Source of the DNA: a virus
Taxonomy: Duplodnaviria; Caudoviricetes
IMG/VR virus record: IMGVR_UViG_3300025118_000014
Location: 1-59,283 of that record
Strand: one strand, 5' to 3'
DNA: 59,283 nucleotides
A program made the position numbers and the translations under genes. Of the stretch, positions 25,219-34,452 are shown piece after piece; position 1 is the first letter of the stretch, and each line of letters starts with the position of its first letter. The notes under the pieces are model-generated. The model had not been told where the DNA came from, ran no database searches, and saw only the letters and a list, made by a program, of their open reading frames with translations.

Positions 25219-27294
25219 TTATATAGTTCTACCCCTGACAGACCTTGCTCTCCTCATCGCAAACTGAATTGGTTCGCCGTCTATCGCGTTCTGTATGTCC
25301 CTGCTTGATGTGCTGACCGGGAATGGCGGAAGTACAGACAGGATCCTGTTGGACATCCGTCCCAGAGCAGCCCTGCGATCCAGTATGACCACAACCCCAC
25401 TATCCCGCTTACTTCTAATCAATCGGCCCGCTGCTTGCTGCAGAAGGTTGCACGCCTTTGGTATTATTCTGGCCTCGAATTCAGACATCTTGCTTCTCTT
25501 GACCAGCGACTTCGTCACGACCTTCTCAACAGGATCGCTGGGTGGAGCGAATGGAATTCGGTCGATCACTACGCAGGACAAGCTCTCACCAGCCACGTCG
25601 ATGCCCTGAAAGAAGCTCCTGGAAGCCACGAGAACGCCCTCAGTGCAGTTCGCAAACCAGTCTTTCAACTCTGTCCGCCCAGCATCGCCCTGCACCTTTA
25701 CGGGCCACTTGGTTTCAGTCTCGATGGCCTCTTTGTATCTCTGCGCCATTCGCATGGATGATGACAGCACGAGCGTGCGTCCGCCCATCAGGTTTACTGT
25801 GTGGACCACGGCCCTTACTGCCCAGTCTGACCAGACGTTGTAGTCGTTCTTTGGATCAGGAGCGTTCGTCGGAATAACCGTGACGCCCATGCTGGACAGT
25901 TGGTACGGACTGGGAACTGCCAGCGTGTAAGCTAGGTCTCTTGGTGCCTCTTCCCCTTGCTTGTCGAATCCAAGGCACGATCTAAAGTAGTCGAAGGTCT
26001 TCTTCTGCGACATGGTTGCTGAAGTGAGTACGGCCACCGGGTACTTCTCCTGTAGAGTACTCACAATGTGGCTAACTTCTGCCGGACAGGCTTCCAGCGT
26101 TACGCGATCACCGGACACGGAACCGTACACAGCCCAATCTCCGTCAGCGTAATCCTTGAGCGTCTTGTGGTACCCACTTGCACACGCCATAGCCAGCATA
26201 GCTACATCCGTCATCCTCTTGTGGAACCGTCCAGCGACCTCTTTCTCTGCTGGATCGTGTATCTGCTTGGCTGCTGCGCCAACTGCTGCAACTGCCTCGA
26301 ATAGTGGGTGCATGTCCTCTCCCTTCACCCTTCCCCATCCTGGATGGAACGACTCGGTCTCCCCGTCGTCCAGCCTTGAAGACACGTCAGCGAACAGCAT
26401 GCTGAGTGGATCCTTGATTAGGGCTATCGACTCCTGGTTGCTGATGTAGTCCCTGGCCCTGGCGATCAGCCCCGTCAGGTGTGCCGACGATAGATTTAGC
26501 GACGTTGCGCTGCGCACGGAGTCCTCTAACTCGTGAGCCTCATCTATCGCCAGACACACTGCAGCAAAGCCAGGATGTTTGGCTAACATGTGATGATTCA
26601 TCACCACGACGTCCGCTTCATTGGCTGTCTTTACGGCAGCGGTAGACGGACACTCGTCCTTGAATTGGCAAAACGATCCCATGCAGGAACCGGGTTCGAC
26701 AGAGACTTTCGCCCAGTCGCCTTTCGGGTTGAAAGGCAGGTCTTCTTTGTCTCCAGAGCATCCTGGTTCTTTGAACCAACCTGTTAGACGGTTTACGCCG
26801 CGTGATTCAAACATGGCACCGAAGTTGCCGGAATCCACCTTCATTGGGCAGATGTAGTTGTTGCGACCCTTTAGGATCGCCCCAAATAGCGGGACACCCA
26901 ACACTCTGGATACAGCAGGGACGTCCTTCTGGACAAGCTGCTGCTGCAGGCTGATGTTGGATGTGGACACGACAACCTTTGGCGAGTCAGGATCTTCCTG
27001 CCAGCCTGGATTCCGTGCGCGATACTTAAGGAGTGCGATGCAGGAAGGGATTAGATAGCCTATTCCCTTACCAGTCCCAGTCGGCGCTTCCACCGCACCC
27101 CAATTCACTCCACCCTGATCGATGGAGTCTGCTATGGATTGGGCCATCGCCCACTGTCCACGTCTAACGTCTAGCCCCATGGCCTTCAGGGGTCCTCTCT
27201 CCCCGAAGATAAAGTCGACGCAGCCCCTTACGGTAGTTCCGTTTGAAGCTATATATCTAGCGATTGCGCCTGAATTTACTTGTGTTTCCGCCAT
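25219..27294 (-). CDS. dinG: DinG/XPD-family Fe-S DNA helicase
   Basis: EAPTGTGKG, VVSTSNISLQQQL, KGRNNYIC, Cys cluster CMGSFC..KDEC, DEAH, TSAT, QAAGRLIR. Confidence 0.92.
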   Translation of the reverse strand: MAETQVNSGAIARYIASNGTTVRGCVDFIFGERGPLKAMGLDVRRGQWAMAQSIADSIDQGGVNWGAVEAPTGTGKGIGYLIPSCIALLKYRARNPGWQEDPDSPKVVVSTSNISLQQQLVQKDVPAVSRVLGVPLFGAILKGRNNYICPMKVDSGNFGAMFESRGVNRLTGWFKEPGCSGDKEDLPFNPKGDWAKVSVEPGSCMGSFCQFKDECPSTAAVKTANEADVVVMNHHMLAKHPGFAAVCLAIDEAHELEDSVRSATSLNLSSAHLTGLIARARDYISNQESIALIKDPLSMLFADVSSRLDDGETESFHPGWGRVKGEDMHPLFEAVAAVGAAAKQIHDPAEKEVAGRFHKRMTDVAMLAMACASGYHKTLKDYADGDWAVYGSVSGDRVTLEACPAEVSHIVSTLQEKYPVAVLTSATMSQKKTFDYFRSCLGFDKQGEEAPRDLAYTLAVPSPYQLSSMGVTVIPTNAPDPKNDYNVWSDWAVRAVVHTVNLMGGRTLVLSSSMRMAQRYKEAIETETKWPVKVQGDAGRTELKDWFANCTEGVLVASRSFFQGIDVAGESLSCVVIDRIPFAPPSDPVEKVVTKSLVKRSKMSEFEARIIPKACNLLQQAAGRLIRSKRDSGVVVILDRRAALGRMSNRILSVLPPFPVSTSSRDIQNAIDGEPIQFAMRRARSVRGRTI

Positions 27295-27556
27295 AGTAAC
27301 TATTCCCCTCGTTTACATGCGTCCTACTGGTTAGGTAGTACCGCTTTTCTACTTCAATGATGACCGGGTCTGTCCCGATGTTTCTCAATACCTTATAGGC
27401 GTCTACGACCGCGTTGTCTACAACTTTATTCAAGTCTGGCAAAATTACTTGAGTGCCAGCGGGCAGGTAAAAGGGTCCGAGTACAGGGTGAACATAGTTC
27501 AAGTCTCGCACTAGCGTTCCGCGCCTCTTCTTGGATTTCCTTTTACCCCAGCCCAT
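27257..27556 (-). CDS. Hypothetical protein
   Basis: TAATG coupling with the sigma gene. Confidence 0.6.
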   Translation of the reverse strand: MGWGKRKSKKRRGTLVRDLNYVHPVLGPFYLPAGTQVILPDLNKVVDNAVVDAYKVLRNIGTDPVIIEVEKRYYLTSRTHVNEGNSYYGGNTSKFRRNR

Positions 27557-28044
27557 TACTTGTTCCCTTTCTCAAGTCGCTTGATGTGGCGCTTGATGCG
27601 TTGCTGCTTTGATTGTCCGCTTACGCCGAGTGCCTCGCGTGTCTCGCTGGATGAAAGTCCCAGGGCTTGGGCCATGAGGGCCTCCTGCACGATTAACGGT
27701 GCCCGTTCCATCAGAAGGCTCATCTCGGCCTTGGACTCAACAACCTCTTGACCCATGTACATCTCGTCAAGGATGTCCCAGTTCTCTACGTATTGAGTGT
27801 TCGATAGTGGTTTGATTGCAGCGCGCCTAGTGTACCGGTCCCGGATCTTCATGGTGCGATACCATGCCCAGGTGCTGAATGAGCCCTTGCTTGGGTCATA
27901 CTTCGCCCAGTGTGTCAGAACGTCCGCGATCACGTCGCCAGTGTAGTCTTCTAACTGGTTCTGTGGACCACGCCAATTCTTCGCACATAGCTTCTGCAGT
28001 GTGTTGTATTGGTCTATTGTCATCTCATGTTGTTTTGCCGCCAT
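27556..28044 (-). CDS. Phage-encoded sigma70-family RNA polymerase sigma factor
   Basis: Region 2 motif KYDPSKGSFSTWA; C-terminal region-4-like GLS..E....LGVS HTH; AAAGGAG RBS. Confidence 0.8.
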   Translation of the reverse strand: MAAKQHEMTIDQYNTLQKLCAKNWRGPQNQLEDYTGDVIADVLTHWAKYDPSKGSFSTWAWYRTMKIRDRYTRRAAIKPLSNTQYVENWDILDEMYMGQEVVESKAEMSLLMERAPLIVQEALMAQALGLSSSETREALGVSGQSKQQRIKRHIKRLEKGNK

Positions 28045-28118
28045 TTTAAGTGTCTCCTTTGTTGTTGTTTGTAAATTGAATTGACTATCTTGTTTCCCAA
28101 CGCTGTAACCCTATTCAA

Positions 28119-28304
28119 TTATTTCTGGTATCCATCCTTGTACCAGCCCTTCCCTTTCAATGAGAAGGATGTCCTGTTTACTTCCAGCCTTTTAGCTGTC
28201 CCGCCGCATTCCTTACATGGAACTTCGTCCTTTCTCTGTGTGTATGCTTGCAGTTTCTCCTGTGAGACCCCGCAACCGCTGCATTTGTATTCGTATATAG
28301 GCAT
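28119..28304 (-). CDS. FmdB-family CxxC_CxxC_SSSS zinc ribbon protein
   Basis: MPIYEYKC..CG...C..CGG...F.LKG.GWY..; start moved to ATG 28304. Confidence 0.9.
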   Translation of the reverse strand: MPIYEYKCSGCGVSQEKLQAYTQRKDEVPCKECGGTAKRLEVNRTSFSLKGKGWYKDGYQK

Positions 28305-28325
28305 AATAGTGTCCTCCACTAGGTG

Positions 28326-28354
28326 ATTATACACGCCCCTAAGGGCTATGTCAA
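28326..28354 (-). promoter_or_regulatory. Consensus sigma70 promoter
   Basis: TTGACA-N17-TATAAT with TG upstream of the -10 box. Confidence 0.8.
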
Positions 28355-28356
28355 GC

Positions 28357-30357
28357 CTAACTTGTTAGCTCGTCAGGCGTGTCTGCGTATTTAACTGACT
28401 CTGGATTGAACGCCAGCGTAGTACTTTGTCCAGCAAGGCCAAACTCAGATCGACACTTGTCTAGGTGTACCGTCGAGTGATTGTATGGAGTGTTGCGGTC
28501 AGGCTGACCACGCTCGATAACCATAACAATGCTGGCATCCTGACGAATGGCCGAAGCGCCTTTCAGGTCGTGCATCTGTACCCGACGTCTCTGGTTTACA
28601 GAGTTGTTGTTCGGGTGTGCGATGAGGCAGATCGTGATCCCCTCATTGTAAGCAAGCAAGGCCAGGGCACGGACAACGGTCTCGATTTCACGTCGCTCGT
28701 CTTCCGCTTCGCTGGAGATCAGGAACCCTAGATGGTCGATGAGGATCATTCTAGTTCCGTGTCTCCGAACGGAGTAACGAACGGTTTCGACAACGTCGCT
28801 GAACTTCATGTGTCCAGCATGGTCGAGAATGTATAGGGGCATCTCCCCAATCTCGGCCAGGGCATCGCGTCTCTGGTCCTTGCTTAAAGATGTAAAGTCT
28901 CCACCCACATGCTGACGAAGCAACTTCTGTACAGCGGAGATCGGCCTGTTCTCGAACGATGTGATTGCAGTCGGAATCCCTCGGATCGCCTGCTGGTACA
29001 TCGCCCATGTCATAAAGGTTGTTTTACCGGAGCCCGTGTCAGCAGTCACGATGGCCAGCCCTGGTCTCCATCCGCCCATCATGGCGTCTAGCTTGGCAGA
29101 ACCCGTCGTCATACCCTTCAGCTTGTCTGGCTCGCTAATGAGCAACTCAAGCTCGTCCGCGAACGCGTCTGCGGTCTTGAAGTCAGACTTGAGCATTGAC
29201 TTGGCTCTGTCGACTGCGCGTCTAACGTCAGCCTTGTCCAGACCCTTCTCTAGGCACGCTCCGATGTCGTTCTCTGGGAACAATGCGCGGGCACACCGGT
29301 ATCGGCCCAGCTTTTCAGCCAGGGCGTCTGCGCCAGTGTTTCCAGCCTCATCGTCATCCAGGGCCAGAGTGAATGAGCGGTATGGCTCAATTAGGTCCAG
29401 CCATTCTTCCTTAAACGTGGTTGCTCCAGCAGTAGACGACACGACGTTCGAGTCATATCCGTACTGTGAAGCCGCAATAACGTCAAGTTCTCCCTCAAGC
29501 ACAAGCACGCTGCTGTCAGTGTTCGCTGACAAGGTGTGAGCGCCGAACAGGACAAGCGGCCGACCTGTACATGGACGGTATTTCTTCTTTACTTCGCCAG
29601 TGTCCTTGCACTGCTTGCATCCTGCGCCAGCACAGTACTTGCACTTGCCAGGAACTGATCGGAATCGAAAGTTGACCGGACGCATGTGCTCGTTGAGCAT
29701 AGGGATCGAGATGAACTCCTCGTAGACCTTGCCGCCCCTCTGCATCGTATAGAAGCCGATCTTCCAGTTCTTGATTGTCTCGTCCGTGAACCCACGGCCA
29801 TCCTTGAGGTACTTTAGAGCGTTAGCGCCAGCGTCCGTGTAAAGGGCATCATGCCACACGTCAACGTAGCGTGGATCCCAGGGAAAGTCGCCCTGTGGTA
29901 GAGGCTTGGAGTCGTCTACAACTTCTGGCTCTGGAGCCTTCTCGACTGGCTTCTTCTTCTTTGGAGCGGTCTTCTGCAGGATTGCCTCGACCATCTTGGA
30001 TACAGGGATCATCTTCTCGCCAGTATTGTGGCTTGAGTAATTCTTCTCGGACTTCCATCCGTGACGTGCGCATGCTGTCTCGAAAGCCTTGCGGCCTTCT
30101 GCATTCAACTCACGAAACCTCTTGCCCATGAGCCGTTGACAGATAAGGTCTGCAGTGTCGAAGCGCTCGTTGCATGCGTGACACACGCCGCCAGCCTCAG
30201 AGGATGTGCCTATCGGTGCCCGCGAGTCAGCAGAACCGCGAGTCTTGGACCCACAAAATGGGCAGTCTCCGAACGTCCCTCGGCTTCGTCCGCGAGAAAT
30301 GCCGATAACGTGTAGTTCGGACATTTTCACTTCTTTTAATCTCTCAATGATGCTCAT
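28357..30357 (-). CDS. Twinkle/T7 gp4-like primase-helicase
   Basis: N-terminal CPFC...CHAC Zn domain, TOPRIM EGELD...LDDDEAG, Walker A ADTGSGKTT, IDHL, AHP, KGASAIRQDA. Confidence 0.92.
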   Translation of the reverse strand: MSIIERLKEVKMSELHVIGISRGRSRGTFGDCPFCGSKTRGSADSRAPIGTSSEAGGVCHACNERFDTADLICQRLMGKRFRELNAEGRKAFETACARHGWKSEKNYSSHNTGEKMIPVSKMVEAILQKTAPKKKKPVEKAPEPEVVDDSKPLPQGDFPWDPRYVDVWHDALYTDAGANALKYLKDGRGFTDETIKNWKIGFYTMQRGGKVYEEFISIPMLNEHMRPVNFRFRSVPGKCKYCAGAGCKQCKDTGEVKKKYRPCTGRPLVLFGAHTLSANTDSSVLVLEGELDVIAASQYGYDSNVVSSTAGATTFKEEWLDLIEPYRSFTLALDDDEAGNTGADALAEKLGRYRCARALFPENDIGACLEKGLDKADVRRAVDRAKSMLKSDFKTADAFADELELLISEPDKLKGMTTGSAKLDAMMGGWRPGLAIVTADTGSGKTTFMTWAMYQQAIRGIPTAITSFENRPISAVQKLLRQHVGGDFTSLSKDQRRDALAEIGEMPLYILDHAGHMKFSDVVETVRYSVRRHGTRMILIDHLGFLISSEAEDERREIETVVRALALLAYNEGITICLIAHPNNNSVNQRRRVQMHDLKGASAIRQDASIVMVIERGQPDRNTPYNHSTVHLDKCRSEFGLAGQSTTLAFNPESVKYADTPDELTS

Positions 30358-30408
30358 TAAATCCTCCAAGATTTGTTTGACTGTGCATAAGTATACGCTG
30401 ACCGTTTA

Positions 30409-30861
30409 TTAGTCAACAAGTTTTTTGTTTTTCCAGTATTTTAATTCTTCCTCAAGCACGGGCTGAAACTTCCCGTCAACATTCCAATACCCCAGCTTGC
30501 CGCCGATCCGTACCCACTCCACATCATTCCTGATATAGTAGGGAACAGTGCTGGCGTCTTCGGCCGCTGATATGGAGTCCTGGATGCGCCTGGATATGTT
30601 CTGCTTGCGGAACAGGTTCTCTAGGTTGGTGTAGCCACCACGCATGTGAATGGCCCAGTAGTCCTCACTGGTGTAGACGTACTTGAAGTACCCCTTGACC
30701 TGCTCGAATGTGCGCTCCTTCAGCACCTTGCTGATTAACTGGATCGCTTTTTGGCTCGGCTTTTCGCGGCGCGCTTTTTTGATGTAGTAGGCTTCAGCTT
30801 TGACCCAGAGGTCGTAGAGCTTTCTTGCTTCTGTATCTTTTTGGCTTGTTTCGTTCCCCAA
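30409..30861 (-). CDS. Replication-organiser C-terminal-like domain protein
   Basis: I...LKE.T.EQ.......W....Y..LENLFR pattern resembling phage replisome-organiser C-termini; TTG start with AGGAG RBS. Confidence 0.5.
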   Translation of the reverse strand: MGNETSQKDTEARKLYDLWVKAEAYYIKKARREKPSQKAIQLISKVLKERTFEQVKGYFKYVYTSEDYWAIHMRGGYTNLENLFRKQNISRRIQDSISAAEDASTVPYYIRNDVEWVRIGGKLGYWNVDGKFQPVLEEELKYWKNKKLVD

Positions 30862-31418
30862 AATGCTACTCCTGCGCTATCGGTTATATCGTCTTCGTTT
30901 CCTAGATTAGCTAGTATTTGGGGCAAGTCAACAACTTTCTCAGGGACAAGCAGAAGTGAAAGCTCCTTCGTTCCCAGCTTGTCACCCTCAGTGTGCCTCT
31001 TTGTGGACGCCTTGGTGCCAATAACGGACTTGCGCCACACGTTGGCCTTGACGAATTCTGGAGTATGGTTGTGTGCGTGAGCCTCAAGCGGGCCGCAGAT
31101 GCGTCCTGCGTTCCTGGCCACAATGATGCTGGTCTTCTTGTTGCGACCCACGTATGCGTCTTCTACTGCGAGCAGGTAGCCAGGGCCGCATACTCTATGC
31201 GCTTCCTTCGACAAGAAGACACCTATGACGCCCATGGATGGCATGATCCTCTCGTCGTAAACGAACTTGCCGTTGATGAGGTTACAGTAAGAGACCTTGA
31301 ACACCTTGACCTTGTTCCGGGTGCACCTCTTCCAGTGATACACTGCAAGGATCCCCCCATCAGGCTTCATCATTGTAACTGCTCCAGCGGTAGCCGGATC
31401 GCATCCCACGACATTCAT
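30735..31418 (-). CDS. RuvC-like Holliday junction resolvase
   Basis: VVGCDP, LAVED, W(R)K, D..DS.GVA catalytic pattern; start moved to ATG 31418. Confidence 0.8.
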   Translation of the reverse strand: MNVVGCDPATAGAVTMMKPDGGILAVYHWKRCTRNKVKVFKVSYCNLINGKFVYDERIMPSMGVIGVFLSKEAHRVCGPGYLLAVEDAYVGRNKKTSIIVARNAGRICGPLEAHAHNHTPEFVKANVWRKSVIGTKASTKRHTEGDKLGTKELSLLLVPEKVVDLPQILANLGNEDDITDSAGVAFWGTKQAKKIQKQESSTTSGSKLKPTTSKKRAAKSRAKKRSS

Positions 31419-31500
31419 ATTGTCCTCCTGACCTGTTATACCCCGAAGACAGAAAACCCCCACCATCATGGATGGCAGGGGCCTTGGCTTTAGCCTTTGT

Positions 31501-32088
31501 TTAGAAAGGTACGTCGTCTGATGAGAACGGTGCTGCTGGTGTTGCAGCGGCAGCAGGTGCAGCGTTGTTGTTGCTGTACTGTGCGGCACGCTCTTGCTTG
31601 CGGGCAACATAGCCATCGAACCAGTCGCCTAATTCGCGAACTGTGTCTTCCCACTCAGGTTGCTCGCCGCGTGATGGGTCGAAGAACACTGGGCTTGTTG
31701 AAGAGCCTTCAGAACCGTCTGACTTGGTGTACGTTTCAGTCTTCAATGTAGACTGCACGTATCCCTGTGACAGAGCCTTGTCCAGGTCATCATCGCTGTC
31801 GGTGTCGAAAGCGCTAGTGACGCCAAGGGCACGGAAGAACTTGGCAAGCATAGAGATGCTCCGCTCTGTGATCCAGAAGTCGCGAGTCGTAACTGCGCCT
31901 TCTTCGCCCGAACCGTCAAGGTCCTGTACACATACAAAGCCGATGGTGATGCACGGGGTTCCTTTCTTGGAACTGTTCCATCGGTAGAAACCGACAGGTG
32001 CTAGGACTCGCTTGCCCGCTGTAAGGTAGCGAGTGCGGTTAGTGTTTTCTGCTGGAGCGAACTCTTCTGACATTGGATTGATTTGCAT
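31501..32088 (-). CDS. Single-stranded DNA-binding protein (DUF669-like)
   Basis: SKKGTP.I.I.F OB-like core; C-terminal DDVPF tail. Confidence 0.8.
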   Translation of the reverse strand: MQINPMSEEFAPAENTNRTRYLTAGKRVLAPVGFYRWNSSKKGTPCITIGFVCVQDLDGSGEEGAVTTRDFWITERSISMLAKFFRALGVTSAFDTDSDDDLDKALSQGYVQSTLKTETYTKSDGSEGSSTSPVFFDPSRGEQPEWEDTVRELGDWFDGYVARKQERAAQYSNNNAAPAAAATPAAPFSSDDVPF

Positions 32089-32198
32089 AGTATTATTATC
32101 CTCCACCGGATTAAGGCCCCGGTAATTGCCTTTATTAATGAAACTGTTTTGTTGTGTCTAGGTTATAGCCCCCGTGAAGGGGGCTGTCAAGGGTTAAT

Positions 32199-32954
32199 TT
32201 AAGAATTGTTAAGAATAGTGAACCATTCGTGCATAGCGTCCTCACGGATGCCGCCCAACTCGCCTGCAGGCTTGCAGAGATACCGGCTATGTCCTTCAAA
32301 CATTGAGATGCGTCGAACGGGTTGACCCTTGCGTGCTGGGTCGACGTTGGTGCAATACGCTACAGCAGTGAAGAACTGTGGAACTGCGTTGACTGTGCTC
32401 TTGCCCTGAAGCTGGAGTCGGATGCGTAGTGGCTCACTCTCTTGTCCGCCCTCTTCATTGGTCAAGCATGTACATACCACGTTGTACGGAATGCTGCGGA
32501 GCCATCGCATGAACTTGCGCATACGCTCCCCAAGTAATCCCCACTCCTGAAGTTGCATCAACTCTCGCTGATCCGCTGGCTTCTTGGCTAGGATCTCATC
32601 CTTAAGCAAGGCTTGGATCTCTGTGAGTCCATCGAATGCGACCACTGTGACGCCCATGTCTTTCAACTGGGTGCCTGCGCACATCTTCATGGCTTGACGT
32701 AATTCGTCAGCGTTGCTCACGTAGTTACGCACGTTTCCTTCTGAATCCTCGAACTCCGGAAGGAGCACATTAGGGTTGGCCGCTTTGGCGCTAACCACAC
32801 CGTTGGCCTCTGTTAGGATTAAGAAAACCAGTTCCTTATCCTGACTGGGGTCAACAGCCTGAGCAGCCCGGTATGTCTTGCCCGCACCTGATGGTCCGTG
32901 CATTAGAATGAGCGACTTGGTGTTTTTGATTTCGCTTGCGCGTCTTAGTTTCAT
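32199..32954 (-). CDS. AAA_24/Sak4-like P-loop ATPase (ssDNA annealing)
   Basis: HGPSGAGKT, VAFDGLTE, QEWG; located between the nuclease and the SSB. Confidence 0.85.
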   Translation of the reverse strand: MKLRRASEIKNTKSLILMHGPSGAGKTYRAAQAVDPSQDKELVFLILTEANGVVSAKAANPNVLLPEFEDSEGNVRNYVSNADELRQAMKMCAGTQLKDMGVTVVAFDGLTEIQALLKDEILAKKPADQRELMQLQEWGLLGERMRKFMRWLRSIPYNVVCTCLTNEEGGQESEPLRIRLQLQGKSTVNAVPQFFTAVAYCTNVDPARKGQPVRRISMFEGHSRYLCKPAGELGGIREDAMHEWFTILNNS

Positions 32955-33016
32955 ATTACCTCCTGTTTGGTATTCTATTTATAGCCCTGGGGCTGATGTT
33001 TGTCTACAAAAAGTTT

Positions 33017-34333
33017 TTATTTCTTCCAGGACTGTACGCCCTTTCGCTTGTAGCCCTGGAAATTGTCGTGTGCGTCGGACGAGCATAGACCCTTATATGA
33101 ACAGTACCCTCCTCCGCCCATGCACACCGGCATACGGGGTGCAGCGATGTCGAGATCCTCCACGCATTCAGCCTCTGCCACCATGCGCCTGCGTCCCGCC
33201 AACTGTGCTGCGAACGCGTAGAACTCCGCCTGATTACGCTTTAACTCAACTTCAGACGTCCGATCCTGCTCTCGGATGAACAGTTCGCGGTCTACGGTAT
33301 ACATGAGCGTCTCGATGTAATCCTCGTACTCCTCAATGGGTAGGTCGAGTTCTCGAACCTTGTCCTCGTACACGAATGAAAGAATCTTGGCCTTGGCCTT
33401 GGACAGCTTGCCGTTCTTTAGAACCTTTGGCTCGTAGAGTTTGCCGCTGTACGCTAAGTCAATCTGTAGGTCGCCCTTAAAGGTGGGCTCCATGACTGGC
33501 TTGACCAGCTTGAGCGTTCCGTTCTCAAGGTTGTACTTGACTAAATTGCTGTATGATGGAATCTGTGGGTCGATCTCCATCTTGCTCAAGTAAGAGCGTG
33601 GCGATCCGGATGTCTTGTGTTCTCGAATCATGAGTGATCCGTTCTTCCTGTGCTGCATTAAAGCGTCCATCTTGCCGATGAAATACCAGGGCATGCCAAC
33701 GGTCGTCTTGATGGTCAGGGACTCGTCACGGGCCTCTCCAGGACGCGCAAAGCGGTATCTTCCGTCTTCTTCCACAAGGTGTACTGTAGACTTGAATTGA
33801 TCTCCCTTTACAGGGTGAACTACGGGCATGGCCAGTTGAAGCTCGACGCCCACTACCTTGTAGTTCTGATCGGGCTCCAGGCCCCATCTGCGCAGATAAC
33901 CGCTCAAGACAATTCGTAGAGTCGTAAGATCGTCAGCGTACTGCTTTGGGTCCAGCTTGCCTTCCCCGACGAACGCTTCCCAGTCCCGAATCGTGATGGC
34001 CAGGAGGTTCTTCCCTTCGCTACACAACTCGCAACCCTTGCCATCACAGTGTAGGCAGTTCCCGTCCATGTACTTCTCAACCGGGAATGTTGTATCCTCG
34101 TATGCGAACCACCTGTGTAGATCCTCCATGATAGCGTGAAAGGCAGAGCCGAACCGTAATGGGCGAGCATCACCGTCAAACTCAAGCCCGTGAGAGTGTG
34201 CGTACAGCCATTGGCGTGGACACATCAACTTCTTTACCTCACTCTGCGTGAAAGTAACGCAGTACCCTGACTCTGGTAGGCCAGCGATCTCCTGCACGTC
34301 GTATCTCGGAATGTGTATTCTTGGTTCTGTCAT
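33017..34333 (-). CDS. PD-(D/E)XK exonuclease (RecB/Cas4-like)
   Basis: CPR..., FGSAFH, GKMD...EHKT, Q...Y, C-terminal C...C.Y..LC. Confidence 0.85.
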   Translation of the reverse strand: MTEPRIHIPRYDVQEIAGLPESGYCVTFTQSEVKKLMCPRQWLYAHSHGLEFDGDARPLRFGSAFHAIMEDLHRWFAYEDTTFPVEKYMDGNCLHCDGKGCELCSEGKNLLAITIRDWEAFVGEGKLDPKQYADDLTTLRIVLSGYLRRWGLEPDQNYKVVGVELQLAMPVVHPVKGDQFKSTVHLVEEDGRYRFARPGEARDESLTIKTTVGMPWYFIGKMDALMQHRKNGSLMIREHKTSGSPRSYLSKMEIDPQIPSYSNLVKYNLENGTLKLVKPVMEPTFKGDLQIDLAYSGKLYEPKVLKNGKLSKAKAKILSFVYEDKVRELDLPIEEYEDYIETLMYTVDRELFIREQDRTSEVELKRNQAEFYAFAAQLAGRRRMVAEAECVEDLDIAAPRMPVCMGGGGYCSYKGLCSSDAHDNFQGYKRKGVQSWKK

Positions 34334-34404
34334 GTTATTTCCTCCTAGTTGGCTCCAACCTAGCCAGCAGGTTTCTCCCTGTCAATAACATTATACCACA
34401 AAAT

Positions 34405-34428
34405 AAAAAACCCGTCACAGTGGACGGG
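34405..34428 (-). terminator. Intrinsic terminator ending the tail operon
   Basis: CCCGTC-N6-GACGGG stem plus U6. Confidence 0.7.
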
Positions 34429-34452
34429 CTCAGGCGGACAGAATCTGTCCGA

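Noticed and set aside
25219-34333. Type IV CRISPR-Cas system (DinG plus a Cas4-like nuclease)
   Set aside because: No Cas7/Cas5/Cas6-like genes and no array; the nuclease sits in a standard nuclease-ATPase-SSB recombination module.
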